A DNA stretch of 62,536 bases, the filler included, from Squatina squatina (Eukaryota): the NCBI GenBank assembly GCA_031763465.1. It is 4 parts of 4 records of this genome, joined end to end, with 100 filler letters (N's around TTAATTAATTAA, not from the genome) between each part and the next. Parts side by side here need not be neighbours in the genome. Positions count along the whole stretch, not along the records: positions 1 to 15,009 come from JARFOE010625502.1; positions 15,110 to 29,721 come from JARFOE010724619.1; 2 more parts are not named here. One strand, 5' to 3'. Under the pieces are notes generated by a model. It was not told the origin of the DNA, did not search any database, and was given only the letters and a program-made list of their open reading frames with translations. Made by a program: the position numbers and the translations under genes. Position 1 is the first letter of the stretch; each line of letters starts with the position of its first letter. Positions 12,391 through 24,093 of this stretch are shown here, piece by piece.

Positions 12391-13019
12391 CTAATGTGTA
12401 TTAATAACGGATTCAAACCGGTGGCATTTCTCAAAGATATGGAGCAATAAGTCACCAGGTAATAAGACGCTACTGAACAAACACGCTTTATAGGCACCAA
12501 AGGTTCCACAAAAAGAGACGGGTCAGCATCAATCTGATATTTGAACTTCTGACAGTGATTTGCTTTGCAAATCTGTTGCCTTAGAAATAATATTAAAAAT
12601 GTTATTGTAATCATTCTTGTTTTACATTCTATACCATTTCTACTTGGAAGACTGATTGAGAACAGAATTTCAATATTATTGCTCCTGAATCCTTTAGCCA
12701 CAAGCAACGGTGCCAAAAAAGCAACCTTCGTTTCTCAAATATAAATTTTCATTTTTAGTAAATATCTGAAAACGCAAATGTGTAACATCGTGTTGACAGA
12801 CCAAGCCCCTACTGTGTCCATCGTTCGAGCACTTAAGGGAGAAGAGCCACTTCGATTCGGACAGGAGACATTGGGCTGTGAAGGGGAGACAGAGTTTGCA
12901 ACATTTTACCCAAACTTCCAGAACAGTTACAAATAACTATGATTGAAATAATCCTGATTATTGCAGCAGAAACGGAAGTTATCATTTCAATGAAAGGTCT
13001 CATTCTAGCACCTGTAGTG

Positions 13020-13975
13020 TAATGCATAGGAATATGGTAAAAGGAGTAGTGTGATTAACCCCTCTAGCCTGTTTGACCATGGCTGATCTGTGGCCTAACT
13101 CCATATAACCGCCTTTTTCACATATCCCTTAATACAGTAACTTATCAAATCTATCAATCTCAGATTTAATATTACCAATTGGCAGATCACTAACTGCCAT
13201 TTTCGGAAGAGAGTTCCAAACTTCTACCACATGTTGAATGTCGAAGTGCTTCTTACCTTCACTCCTGAAAGGCCTGGCTATAACTTTTATGTGAGTCACC
13301 CAGTCCTAAACTGGCCAACAAGTTTTTCTCTATGTAACTTATCAATTCAAATTAATATCTTGAAAAGTTTGAACAAATCACCCACTGATCGTATAAATTC
13401 CAGGGAATGCTATCCTAGTTGGTATAACCTCTCTCCTAACCGTTTCATTCACATAAATCTATGCTGCACTCCCTCCAAGGCCAATATATCCTTCCCCATG
13501 TGTGGTCCCTAGAAGAGAACAGAGCATTCCTGGGCTTAGCAAGGCTTTGTATTGATCAATCGCAAGAACGGCAGAACATAGGAAAGAGGAGCTTGGTCCA
13601 TCGAGCCTGCTTCGTCCTTCAACAAGATCTTGCCTTACCTTCTGCCACAACTCCACCGTCCAGCTCTATGTCCATATGACTTACTTCCCTTCGTTTCCCC
13701 CAAAAACGATGAAACTCAGTCTTGAATATATTCAACCAGTGAACATCTACAGCTCTCTGGGCTAGACAATTCCAAGGATTCACAAACCTTTGAGTGAAGA
13801 AATTACACGTCATTTCAGTGCTAGATGGCCTAAGTGACTGGGACCCCATATTCTAGATTCCCTAGCCCGGGAAACTTCTTCTCAACATAAACCCTGTCAA
13901 GTCCCTTAAGAATGTTGTATGTTACAATTAGATCACTTCTTATTCTTTTAATCTCTAGGGAATATTGGCTTAGTC
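13020..13975 (-). mobile_element. Two adjacent degraded CR1 3' fragments (about 13020-13530 and 13575-13975)
   Basis: Minus-strand NFFTQRFVNPWNCLAQRAVD..LNIFKTEFHRF and CR1 3' UTR motifs. Confidence 0.8.
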
Positions 13976-14933
13976 CTCAACCAAGACTCGGTCCTCGACG
14001 TCCGAGCCCTTGGTTCCATCCCACAACATCCTACCCGCCACCACATCCGCACAACCCCTGCCCTACATGAGGTCGTAAAGGCCATCTGGAGCTGAATAAC
14101 AATAAGGCCTCTGGTGCAGATGGAATCCCTGCTGAAATAGTAAAATACGGTGGTGAGGCACTCGTGTCACGAATCCATGACCTCATCTCCCTCATTTTGG
14201 AGGAGTAGAGTATGCCAGGAGATCTCAGAGATGCCATCTTCAAGAAAGGAGACAAGTCCGATTGCGGAAACTACAGAGTGGTCTCCCTGCTGTCCGCTTA
14301 GGTAATCGCAAGAATCCCCACCAATCGTTTCCTCTCAGTGGCTGAAGAGCTCCTCCCTGAGTCACAATGCAGTTTCCACCCCTATAGAGGTACAACGGCC
14401 ATGATTTTCAGTGCACACCAAATCCAAGAAAAGTGCAGGGAGCAGCATTAACCTCTGTACATGGCCTTCTTTGACCTTATGAAGACCTTCAACTCTGTCA
14501 ACCGGGAGGGATTATGGAGTGTTCTCCTCATGTTTGGCTGTCCACGAAAATTTGCCACCATCCTCCACCTGCTTCATGACGAAATGCAAGCAGTGATTCT
14601 CATCAACAGCTCAACAATAGACCCAATTCAAGTGCATACTGGGGTCAAGCAATGATGTGGCATCGCACCGATGCTCTTCTCCATCTTCCTCACTGCAACA
14701 CTCCATCCCATTTCCATGAAGCTCCCCACTGGAGTTGAGCTAATCAACAGGACGAGTGGGAAACTCTTCAACTTCTGCCCCCTCCAGTCCAAATTCAAGA
14801 TCGCTCCAACCTCTGTCATCGAATTGCAATATGTACACGACGCCTGCGTGTGTGCACACTAGTAGGCTGAGCTCCAATCGATTTTTTTTAAGGAGGTATA
14901 TGAGAGAATGGGCCTCACACTGAACATCCACAA
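13976..14933 (+). mobile_element. RTE-clade LINE reverse transcriptase relic
   Basis: NNKASGADGIPAEIVKYGG, FKKGDKSDCGNYR, LPESQCSF, QIQEKCREQ, YMAFFDLMKTFNSVNREGLW, TGVKQ*CGIAP and ELQYVHD, with several stops. Confidence 0.92.
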
Positions 14934-15009
14934 GGTTTACCAGGATGCTGCCTGGAATGGAGAATAGGTCTTATGAGGATAGGTTGGGAGTGCTAGGCCT
15001 TTTCTCATT
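14934..15009 (+). mobile_element. CR1 ORF2 C-terminal fragment cut by the scaffold end
   Basis: RFTRMLPGMENRSYEDRLGVLGLFS. Confidence 0.8.
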
Positions 15010-15109
15010 NNNNNNNNNNNNNNNNNNNNNNNNNNNNNNNNNNNNNNNNNNNNTTAATTAATTAANNNNNNNNNNNNNNNNNNNNNNNNNNNNNNNNNNN
15101 NNNNNNNNN
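15010..15109. other. Artificial scaffold-concatenation linker N44-TTAATTAATTAA-N44
   Basis: Six-frame stop 12-mer at 15054-15065 flanked by 44 N on each side. Confidence 0.97.
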
Positions 15110-18100
15110 AATTGAACAATGTCCCTTCCCAATTTAACAGTGTTTCTCACCAATTGAACAATGTCCCTCTCCAATTAAACAATGTCTCTCACCAACTGAA
15201 CAATGCCACTCGCAAACTGAACAATGTCGCTCACAATTGAAAAAAAGTTACTCGCAAATGAACAATGTCCCCCACCAATTGAACAATGTCCCTCACCAAT
15301 TGAACAATGTCCCTCACCAATTGAGCAATGTTGTTAACCAATTTAGCAATGTTCGTCCCCAAAGAAACAATGTCCCTCATCAATGACCAATGTCGTTCAC
15401 CAATTGAACAACCTCTCTCCCCAATGTCACAGTTTTCCTCACCAATTGAACAATGTTCCTCACCAATTGAACAATGTCCCTCTCCAATTAAACAATGTCC
15501 CTCACCAATTGAACAATGTCTCTCCCCAATTGAACAATGTCACTCACCAATTGAGCAATGTCCATCGCCAATTGAACAATGTCTGTCACAAATGGAACAT
15601 TTTACATCACCAATTGAACAATGTGTCCTCACTCATTGAACAATGTCCCTCACCAATTAACAATCCCATTCACCAATTGATCAATGTCCCTCACCAAATG
15701 AACAAAGTCTTTCACAAATTCAACAATTTCGTTCACCAAATGAACAATGTCTCTAAAAAAATGGACAGTTTCGTTCTCTCATTGAACAATGCCTCTCACC
15801 GAATAAACAATGTCCTTCAGCAATTGAACAATGTAATTCACCAACGCAGCAATGTCCCTGCCCAATGGAACAATGTCCCTTACCAATTGAACAGAGTCCC
15901 TCACTAATTGAACCATTATGTTCACCAATTTGCAATTGTTCTATCCAATTGAACACTTTCTCTCACCAATTGAACAACGTCACTCACCATTTGAACTTTG
16001 TCTTTCATAAACTGAAAAATGTCTCTCACCATTTGAACAATGTACCTCACCAATTCAACAAAGTGCGTCTCCAATTGATCAATGCCGTTCACCAATTGAA
16101 CAATGTCTCTCAACAATGGAACAGGGTCCCTCACCAATTGAACGATATCATATGACGATTGAAAAATGTCACTCACCAATTGAACACTGTCTCACAGCAA
16201 TTGAACAATGTCCCTCCCCAATGGAAAAATATCCCTCACCAATTAAAGAGTGTCCTTCACCAATTGAACAATGTCCCTCCCGAAAGGAACAATTTTTCTC
16301 ACCAACTGAAAATGTCACTCACCAATTGAACAATGCATTTCACCAAATGAACAATGTCGTTTACTAATTGAACAATGTCCCTCCACAATGGAACAATGTG
16401 TCTCACCAACTGACCAATGTCCCTCTCCAATTGAACAATGTCTCTCACCAACTTAAGAATGTCAGTTACCAACTGTACAATGTCACTCACCAATTGAAAA
16501 ACTACTCTCACAAATGAACTCTGTCACACAACAATTGAACAAGGTTCCTCTCCAATTGACCAATGGCTGTCAGCAAATGAACAATGTCCCTTACCAATTG
16601 AACAATGTCCTTCACCAATAGAACACGTCGCTCACCAATTGAACTGTGTCCCTCACCAATTGAGCAATGTCCCACCAATTGCACTTTGTCCCTCACCAAT
16701 TGAACAATGTTCATCACCAATTGAACAATGTCCCTTTCCAATTGAACAATTTCTCTCAGCAATTGAACAATGTCACTTAAAAATTGAACAATGTCCCTGA
16801 CCAATTGATAAAAGTCTCTCAAAAATGAACAATATCCCTCACCAATTGAATAATATTGCTGACAATTTGAATAATATCTCTGACCAATGGAACGGTGTCT
16901 CTCACCAATTTACAAAGTCGTGCCCTAATTGAACAATGTCACACATCAATTGATCAATATCCCTCAACAATTGAACAATATCCCTCATCTATTGAACAAT
17001 GTCTCTCATCAAGTGAACAACGTCTCTCATCAAGTGAACAATGTCCGTCACCAATTGAACAATGTATCTCACCAATTGTACAATGTCCCTCACCATTGGA
17101 ACCATGTATCTCACCAATTGTACAATGTCCCTCAACGATGGAACAATGTCTCTCACCAATTGAATAATGTCGCTTACCAATTGAACAACGTCATTCACCA
17201 GTAGAACAATGACTCTCACCAATTGATCAATGTCTCTCACCAATTGAACAATGTTCCTCACCAAATGAACAATGTTGTTACAATTGAAAAATGTCCCTCA
17301 CCAAAGGAACAATGTCACTCTCCAATTGAAGAATGTCTCTCACCAATTGAACAAAACTTATTCACCAATAGAACAATGACTCTCACCAATTGAGCAATGT
17401 CTCTCTGCAATTCAACAATGTTCCTCACCAAATGAACAATGTTGTTTACCAATTGAACAATTTTCCTTCACAAATAAAAAATGTCTCTCTCCAACTGAAC
17501 AATGTCCCTCACCAATTAAAAAAATCTCTCACAAATGAACAATGTCCCTCACCAATTGAAGAATTTCCCTCTCCAATTAACAATGTCTCTCAACAATTGC
17601 AGAATTTCACTCACCAATTGAACAATGTCCCTCACCAATTGAGCAATGTGTCTCACCAATGGAACAATGTAGCTCAGCAATTGAGCAATGGCACTCACCA
17701 ATTGAACAATGTCCCTCACCAATTGAACAATTTCCCTCTCCAATTGAACAATGCCTCTCAACAATTGCAGAATTTCACTCACCAATTGAACAATGTCCCT
17801 AACCAATTGCACAATCTCACCCACCAATTGAACAATGTCGTTCAGCAATAGAGCAACGTTACTCACCAATTGATCAATGTCCCTAACTAAGTGGACAATT
17901 TAGCTCTCCAATTCAACAATGTCTCTCACCAACAAAACAATGTCACTGACCAACTGAACAATGTCCGTCACCAATTGAAAAACGTCTCCCACCAATGGAA
18001 GAAGGTCCCTCTCCAATTGACCAATATCTCTCACCATTTGAACAATGTCCCTCACCAATTGAACAATGTCCCTCACCAGTTGAACAATGTCGCTCCATAA

Positions 18101-21100
18101 GGAAACAATGTATCTCACCAATCGGACAATGCCCTTCTCCTATTGAACATTGTCGTTCACCAATTTAGAAATGTCCCTCCCCAATGGAACAATATCACTC
18201 ACCAATTGAAAAATGTCATTCACCAATTGAACAATGCCCTCCCCAATGGAACAATGTCAGTCAACAATTGAACAATGGCCCACCCCATTTGAAAAACGTC
18301 TCTCACAAATGAACAATGTGCTTCACCAATAGAACAGGTCCCTCACGAATTGAACAATGTCCCTCTTCAATTGAATTTTGTCCCTCATCAATAGAACAAA
18401 GTCCGTCACCAATTGAACAATGTCCCCTTCCAATTGAACAATTACTCTGACCAACTGAACATTGTCACTCACCAACTGAACAATGTCCTTTACCAATTGA
18501 AAAACGTCTCTCACAAATGAATAATGTCCCTCACCAATGGAACAAGGTCCCTCTCCAATTGAACAATATCTATCACCAATTGAACAATGTCCCTCACCAA
18601 TTGAACAATGTGCTTCCCCAATAGAACAAGTCCCTCACCAATTGAACAATGTCCCTCACCAATTGAACAATGTGCTTCACCAATAGAACAAGTCCCTCTC
18701 CAATTGAACAATATCTATCACCAATTGAACAATGTCTCTCACCAATTGAACAGTGTCCCTCAAAAACTGAACAATGTCCTTCAACAATTGAACAATGTCC
18801 CTCACCAATTGAACTTTGTCCCTGATAAATTGAACAATGTCGCTCACCAATTGAACAATGTCCCTTTCCAATTGAACAATTATTGTCACCAACTGAACAA
18901 TGTCATTCACCAACTGAACAATGTCCCTCTCCAATTGAAAAAAGTCTCTCACAAATGAACAATCTCCGTCATCAATTGAATAATTTTGTTCACAAATTGA
19001 AAAATGTCACACACCAATTGATCAATGTCACTCGACAATTGAACAGTGTCCCTCACCAATTGAACAATGTCGTTCACCAACAACACAGTGACCTTCCCCA
19101 ATGGAGCAATGTTTCTCACCAATTGAATACCTTCCCTCACGAGTCGAACAATGTACATCTTCAATTGAGCAATGTCGCTCACCAATTGAACAATGCTCAT
19201 CACCAATTGAACAATATCTCTCAAAATTGAACAATGTCCCTCAGCAATGGAACAATGTCTCTCAGCTATTTAACAACGTCGCTCACCAGTTGAACAAAGA
19301 TCCTGACCAACAGAAAGATTTGCTTCACCAAGTGAACAAGTCCCTAACCAATTGACATTTTTCAATAGGTGAACGACATTGTTCAATTGGTGAGGGACAT
19401 TTTTCATTCGGTGAGAGGCATTGTTCAATTGGAGAATGACATTGTCCATTTGATTAGAGACTTGGTTCAATTGGTGAGGGACATTGTTCAATTGGTGAGG
19501 GAGTTGTTCTATTGGTGAAGGACATTGTTCAACTGGTGAGAGACATTGTTCAACTGGTGAGAGCCATTGCTCAATTGTTGCGGGACACCCTCACCAAGTG
19601 GACAATGTCGCTCACAAATGGAACAATGTCCATCACGAATTGAACAACATCTCTCACCAATTGAACGAATTCCCTCACCAATTGAACAATGTCCTTCAAC
19701 AATTGAATAATGTCGTTCACCAATTGAACAATGTCCCTCACCAATTGAAGAGTGTCCCTCACCAATTGAACAATGTCCCTCACAAATTGAACAATGTCCC
19801 TCACCAATTGAATAATGTCCCTCACCAATTGAATAATGTCCCTCACAAATTGAACAATGTCCCTCATCATTTGAACAATGCCCCTCACCAATTGAACGAA
19901 GTCACTCACTAATTGAACAATGACATTCACTAATTTAATATTATCCCTCCCCAATGGAACAATGTTCCTCAGCAATAGAAAAATATCCTACACCAATTGA
20001 ACAATGCCCCTCTCCAATAGAACAACGTCTCTCACCATTTGAACATAGCCACTCACCAATTGAACAAAGTCCCTCACCAACTGAGCAATGTCTCTCACAG
20101 TTAAACAATGTCCCTCACAAATGGAACAGTGCATCACCTCAATTGAACTATGTCACTCACCAATTGAACAAAGTCGTTCTCCAACTGAACAACGTCGCTC
20201 ACATATTGAATAGTGTCCCTCACCAATTTAACATTGTCCCTCACCAATGGAACAATGTTTCTCACCAATTGAACAATGTCCCTCACCAATGGAACAATGT
20301 TTCTCACCAATGGAACAATGTCCCTCTCCAATTGAACAATGTCACTCACCAATTGAACAATGTCTCTCACCAATTGAACAATGTCCCTCACCAAATGAAC
20401 AATGTCCCTCACCAATTGAACAACGTCCCTCACCAATTGAACAATATCCCTCACCAATTGAACAATGTCTCTCACCAATGGAACAATGTCCCTCTCCAAT
20501 TGAACAATGTCACTCACCAATTGAACAATGTCCCTCACCAATTGAACATTGTCCCTCACCAATGGAACAATGTTTCTCACCAATTGAACAATGTCCCTCT
20601 CCAATTGAACAATGTCACTCACCAATTGAACAATGTCCCTCACCAATTGAACAATGTCTCTCACCAATTGAACAATTTCCCTCACCAAATGAACAATGCC
20701 CTTCACCAATGCAACAATGTCACTGACCAATTGATCAATGTTACTCACCAAAGGAGCAATGTCCCTCACCAATTCCACCATGTCCCTCAACAAGTGAACA
20801 TTGTCCCTCAACAATTCAACATATCCCTCACGAATTGAACAATGTCTGTCACCAATTGAAGAATGTCCCTCAAAATTTGAATATTGTCGTTCATCAATTG
20901 AATAACGAAGTTCACGAATTGAATAAAGTCTCTCACCAATTGAACAATGTCCCTCAAAAATTGAACATTGTCGTTCACCAATTGAACAATGAAGTTCACG
21001 AATTGAACAATGTCCCTCACCAATTTTACATTGTCCCTCTCCAATTAAACAATGTCTCGCACCAATTGAACAATGCCCCTCACCAATGGAGCTGTGCCAC

Positions 21101-21697
21101 TCACCAATTGAACAATGTATCTCACCAAATGAACAAAATACATCACCAATTGAACAATGTCGTTCACCAACTGAACAATTTCGTTCACAAACTGAACAAT
21201 GCCCCTCATCAATTGAACAAGGTAGATCACGAATTGAACAGTGTCCCTCACCATTGAACCATTTCTACCACCATTTGAACAATGTCTCTTACCAATTACA
21301 AAATGTCTCTCACCAATTGAACAATGTCCCTCACTAATTGAACAATATCCCTCACCAATTGAACAATGTCTCTCACCAATTGAACAATATCTCTTACCAA
21401 TTGAAAAATGAACTTCGCCAATTGAAACATGTCTGTCACCAATTCAACAATGTCCGTCACCAATTGAACAATGTCACTCGCCAATGAAACAATGTACCTC
21501 ACTTAATGAACAATGTCTTTTACCATTTGAGCAGTGTCGATTCCCAATGGAACAAATTCTCTAACCAAATGCACAATGTCCCTCACCAATTGAACAATGT
21601 CTCACACCAGTTGAACAATGTCACTCACCAATTGAAAAATGTCCATCATCAATTGAACAATGTCGTTCACCAATTGAATAATGTCCCTCACCAATTG
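15110..21697. repeat. 21-bp satellite, about 310 diverged copies (CACCAATTGAACAATGTCCCT)
   Basis: Directly visible and most homogeneous at about 20230-20680. Includes an inverted block at 19354-19587. Confidence 0.98.
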
Positions 21698-24093
21698 CCC
21701 GAGACCTCCTCCCAACGAGACTGACCTTGGCCTCCTCCAGAGAAGACTGACTCAGGCCTTTCACCGAGGAGACTGACTGTGGGACCATAAAAACTGACTG
21801 CAATTTTTTTAATAAATATGTGAAGAGAATGACCGAGGCCTCCTCCTGGGGAGACTGACCGAGGCCTTCTCCCGAAGTGACTGCCCGAGAGATCCTCCTG
21901 AGGAGACTGGCCGAGGCCATTCCTAGATGGGTCTGATGGAGACTTCTTCCAGAGTGAACTGACCGAGACCTCCTACCGAGGAGACTGACCGAGGGCTCCT
22001 GCCAAAGAGGCTGTCCTAGACTTCTTCCAGACAGGACTAAACGAGAACACATCCAGAGGAGACTGACCGAGGCCCCTCCAGAGGGGACTAACCGAATCCT
22101 TCTCTACAGGATCCTGAACGAGGCCTCCCACAAAGAGAATGTCCGAGGCCTCCTCCCGAGGAGACTGACCGAGACCTCATGCAGAGGAGTTTGACCGAGA
22201 TCCCATCCAGAGGAGACTGACCGAGGCCTGCTCCTGATGAGACTGACCGAGGCCTCCTCTCGAGGAGACTGGCCGAGGCTTTCCCCAGATGGCTCTGGTG
22301 GAGACTTCTTCCAGAGGGAACTGACCGAGACCACATCCCGAGGAGACTGATCGAGGCCTTCCCCCAAAGAGACTGACCGAGACCTCCTACCGAGGAGACT
22401 GATCGAGGCCTTCCCCCAAAGAGACTGCCTGAGGCCTCCTCCCGAGGAGACTGGCAGAGGCCTTCCCCAGATGGGTCTGATGGAGACTTCTTCCAGAGGG
22501 AACTGACCGAGACCTCCTACCGAGGAGACTGACCGAGGGCTCATCCCGAAGAGGCTGTCCTAGACTTCTTCCAGACAGGACTAAACGAGAACACATCCAG
22601 CGTGTACTGACCGAGGGCTCCTCCAGAGGGGACTGTCCGAGGCCTTCTCCCGAGGAGGCTGACCAAGACCTCATGCAGAGGGGGTTGACCGAGATCCCAT
22701 CCAGAGGAGACTGACCGAGGCCTGCTCCTGATGAGACTGACCGAGGCCTCCTCTCGAGGGGACTGACTGAGACCTCCTCCCAAAGTGACTGACCGAGGCC
22801 TCCCACCGTGGACGCTGACCGAGACCCCATCCAGAGTGCCTGAACAAGACCTCCTCCCAAAGTGACTGACCAAGCTCTCCTCTCGAAGAGACTGACTGAG
22901 GCCTCCTCCCAAGGAGACTGACCGTGGCATCCTCGCTAGAAGAATGACTGAGGCCTACTCCTAAGGAGAATGTCCGAGACCCCATCCAGAGGCGATTGAC
23001 CGAGACCTCCTCCGAAATAGGCTGACCGAGACCTCTTCCAGAAAGGATTGAACGAGAACCCATCCAGAGGGGACTGACCGAGGCCTCCTCCTGAGGAGAT
23101 TGACCGAGGCCTCCTCAAGAATAGGCTGACCGAGACCCCATGCAGAGGCAATTGACCGAGACCTCCTCCCAAAGAGGCTGACCGAGACCTCTTCCAGACA
23201 GGACTGAATGAGTACCCATCCAGAGGGGACTGACCGAGGCCTCCTCCCAAGGAAACTGACTGACACCCCATCCAGAGGAGACTGACTGACACGTCCTCCC
23301 AAGGAGACTGACCGAGGCTTCATCCCAAAGAGACTGACCGAGACCGCTTCCAGACAGGACTGAACGAGACCCCATCCAGGGGAGACTTACCAAGACCTCC
23401 TCCAGAGGGGACTGACTGAGGCCTCCTCCAGAGGGGCCTGATCGAGGGCTCCCCCAGAGGTGCCTGACCGAGGACTCCCCCAGAGGGTTCTGACCGAGAT
23501 TTCCTGGAGATGGTGCTGACCGAGGCATCCTCCCGAGGAGACGGACCAAGGCCAGTTCCTGTTGGGGCTGAACGAGGCCTGGTCCTGAGGAGACTGATCG
23601 AGACCTCTTCCAGAGGAGACTGCCTGAGGCCTCCTCCCGAGGAGACTGACCGAGGCATTCCCCAGATGATTCTGGCCGAGACATCTTCCAGACGGAACTG
23701 ACCGAGAACTCCAACCGAGGGGACTGACTGAGGCCTCCTCTAGAGGGGCCTGAAAAAGGCCTCCCCCAGAGGGTTCTGACCGAGACTTCCTCCAGAGAGG
23801 GCTGACCGAGGCCTCCTCCCAAAGAGACTGACTGAGGCCTCCTCCCGAGGAGGCTGATCAAGACCTTATACAGATGGGGCTGACCGAGATCCCATCCAGA
23901 GGAGACTGACCGAGGCCTCCTCCCAAAGAGGCTGACCTCGACCTCTTCCAGACAGCACTGAACGAGAACCCATCCAGAGAGGACTGACCGAGGCCTCCTC
24001 CAGAGGGGACTGACCGAGGCCACCTCCAGAGGGGACTGACCGAGGCATCCTATCGAGGAGACTGAACAATCCCTCCTCCGGAGGAGACTGACT
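21698..24093. repeat. 26-bp GC-rich satellite, about 90 copies (GAGGAGACTGACCGAGGCCTCCTCCC)
   Basis: GGACTGACCG at 23981 and 24007 gives a 26-bp period. AT-rich interruption at about 21785-21825. Confidence 0.97.

Noticed and set aside
12210-13027. Hydrophobic minus-strand ORFs as a second GPCR
   Set aside because: No class A motifs, and the region is partly antisense to a LINE RT fragment.
15054-15065. TTAA-rich palindrome as a piggyBac target or regulatory site
   Set aside because: Synthetic linker centred in N runs and repeated identically three times.
15328-21724. Long heptad ORFs (HQLNNVP, SPIEQCP, LVRDIVQ) resembling coiled-coil or solenoid proteins
   Set aside because: They follow from a 21-bp unit divisible by 3. 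They are open in several frames on both strands, with frequent stops, frameshifts, an inversion and no unique flanking sequence.
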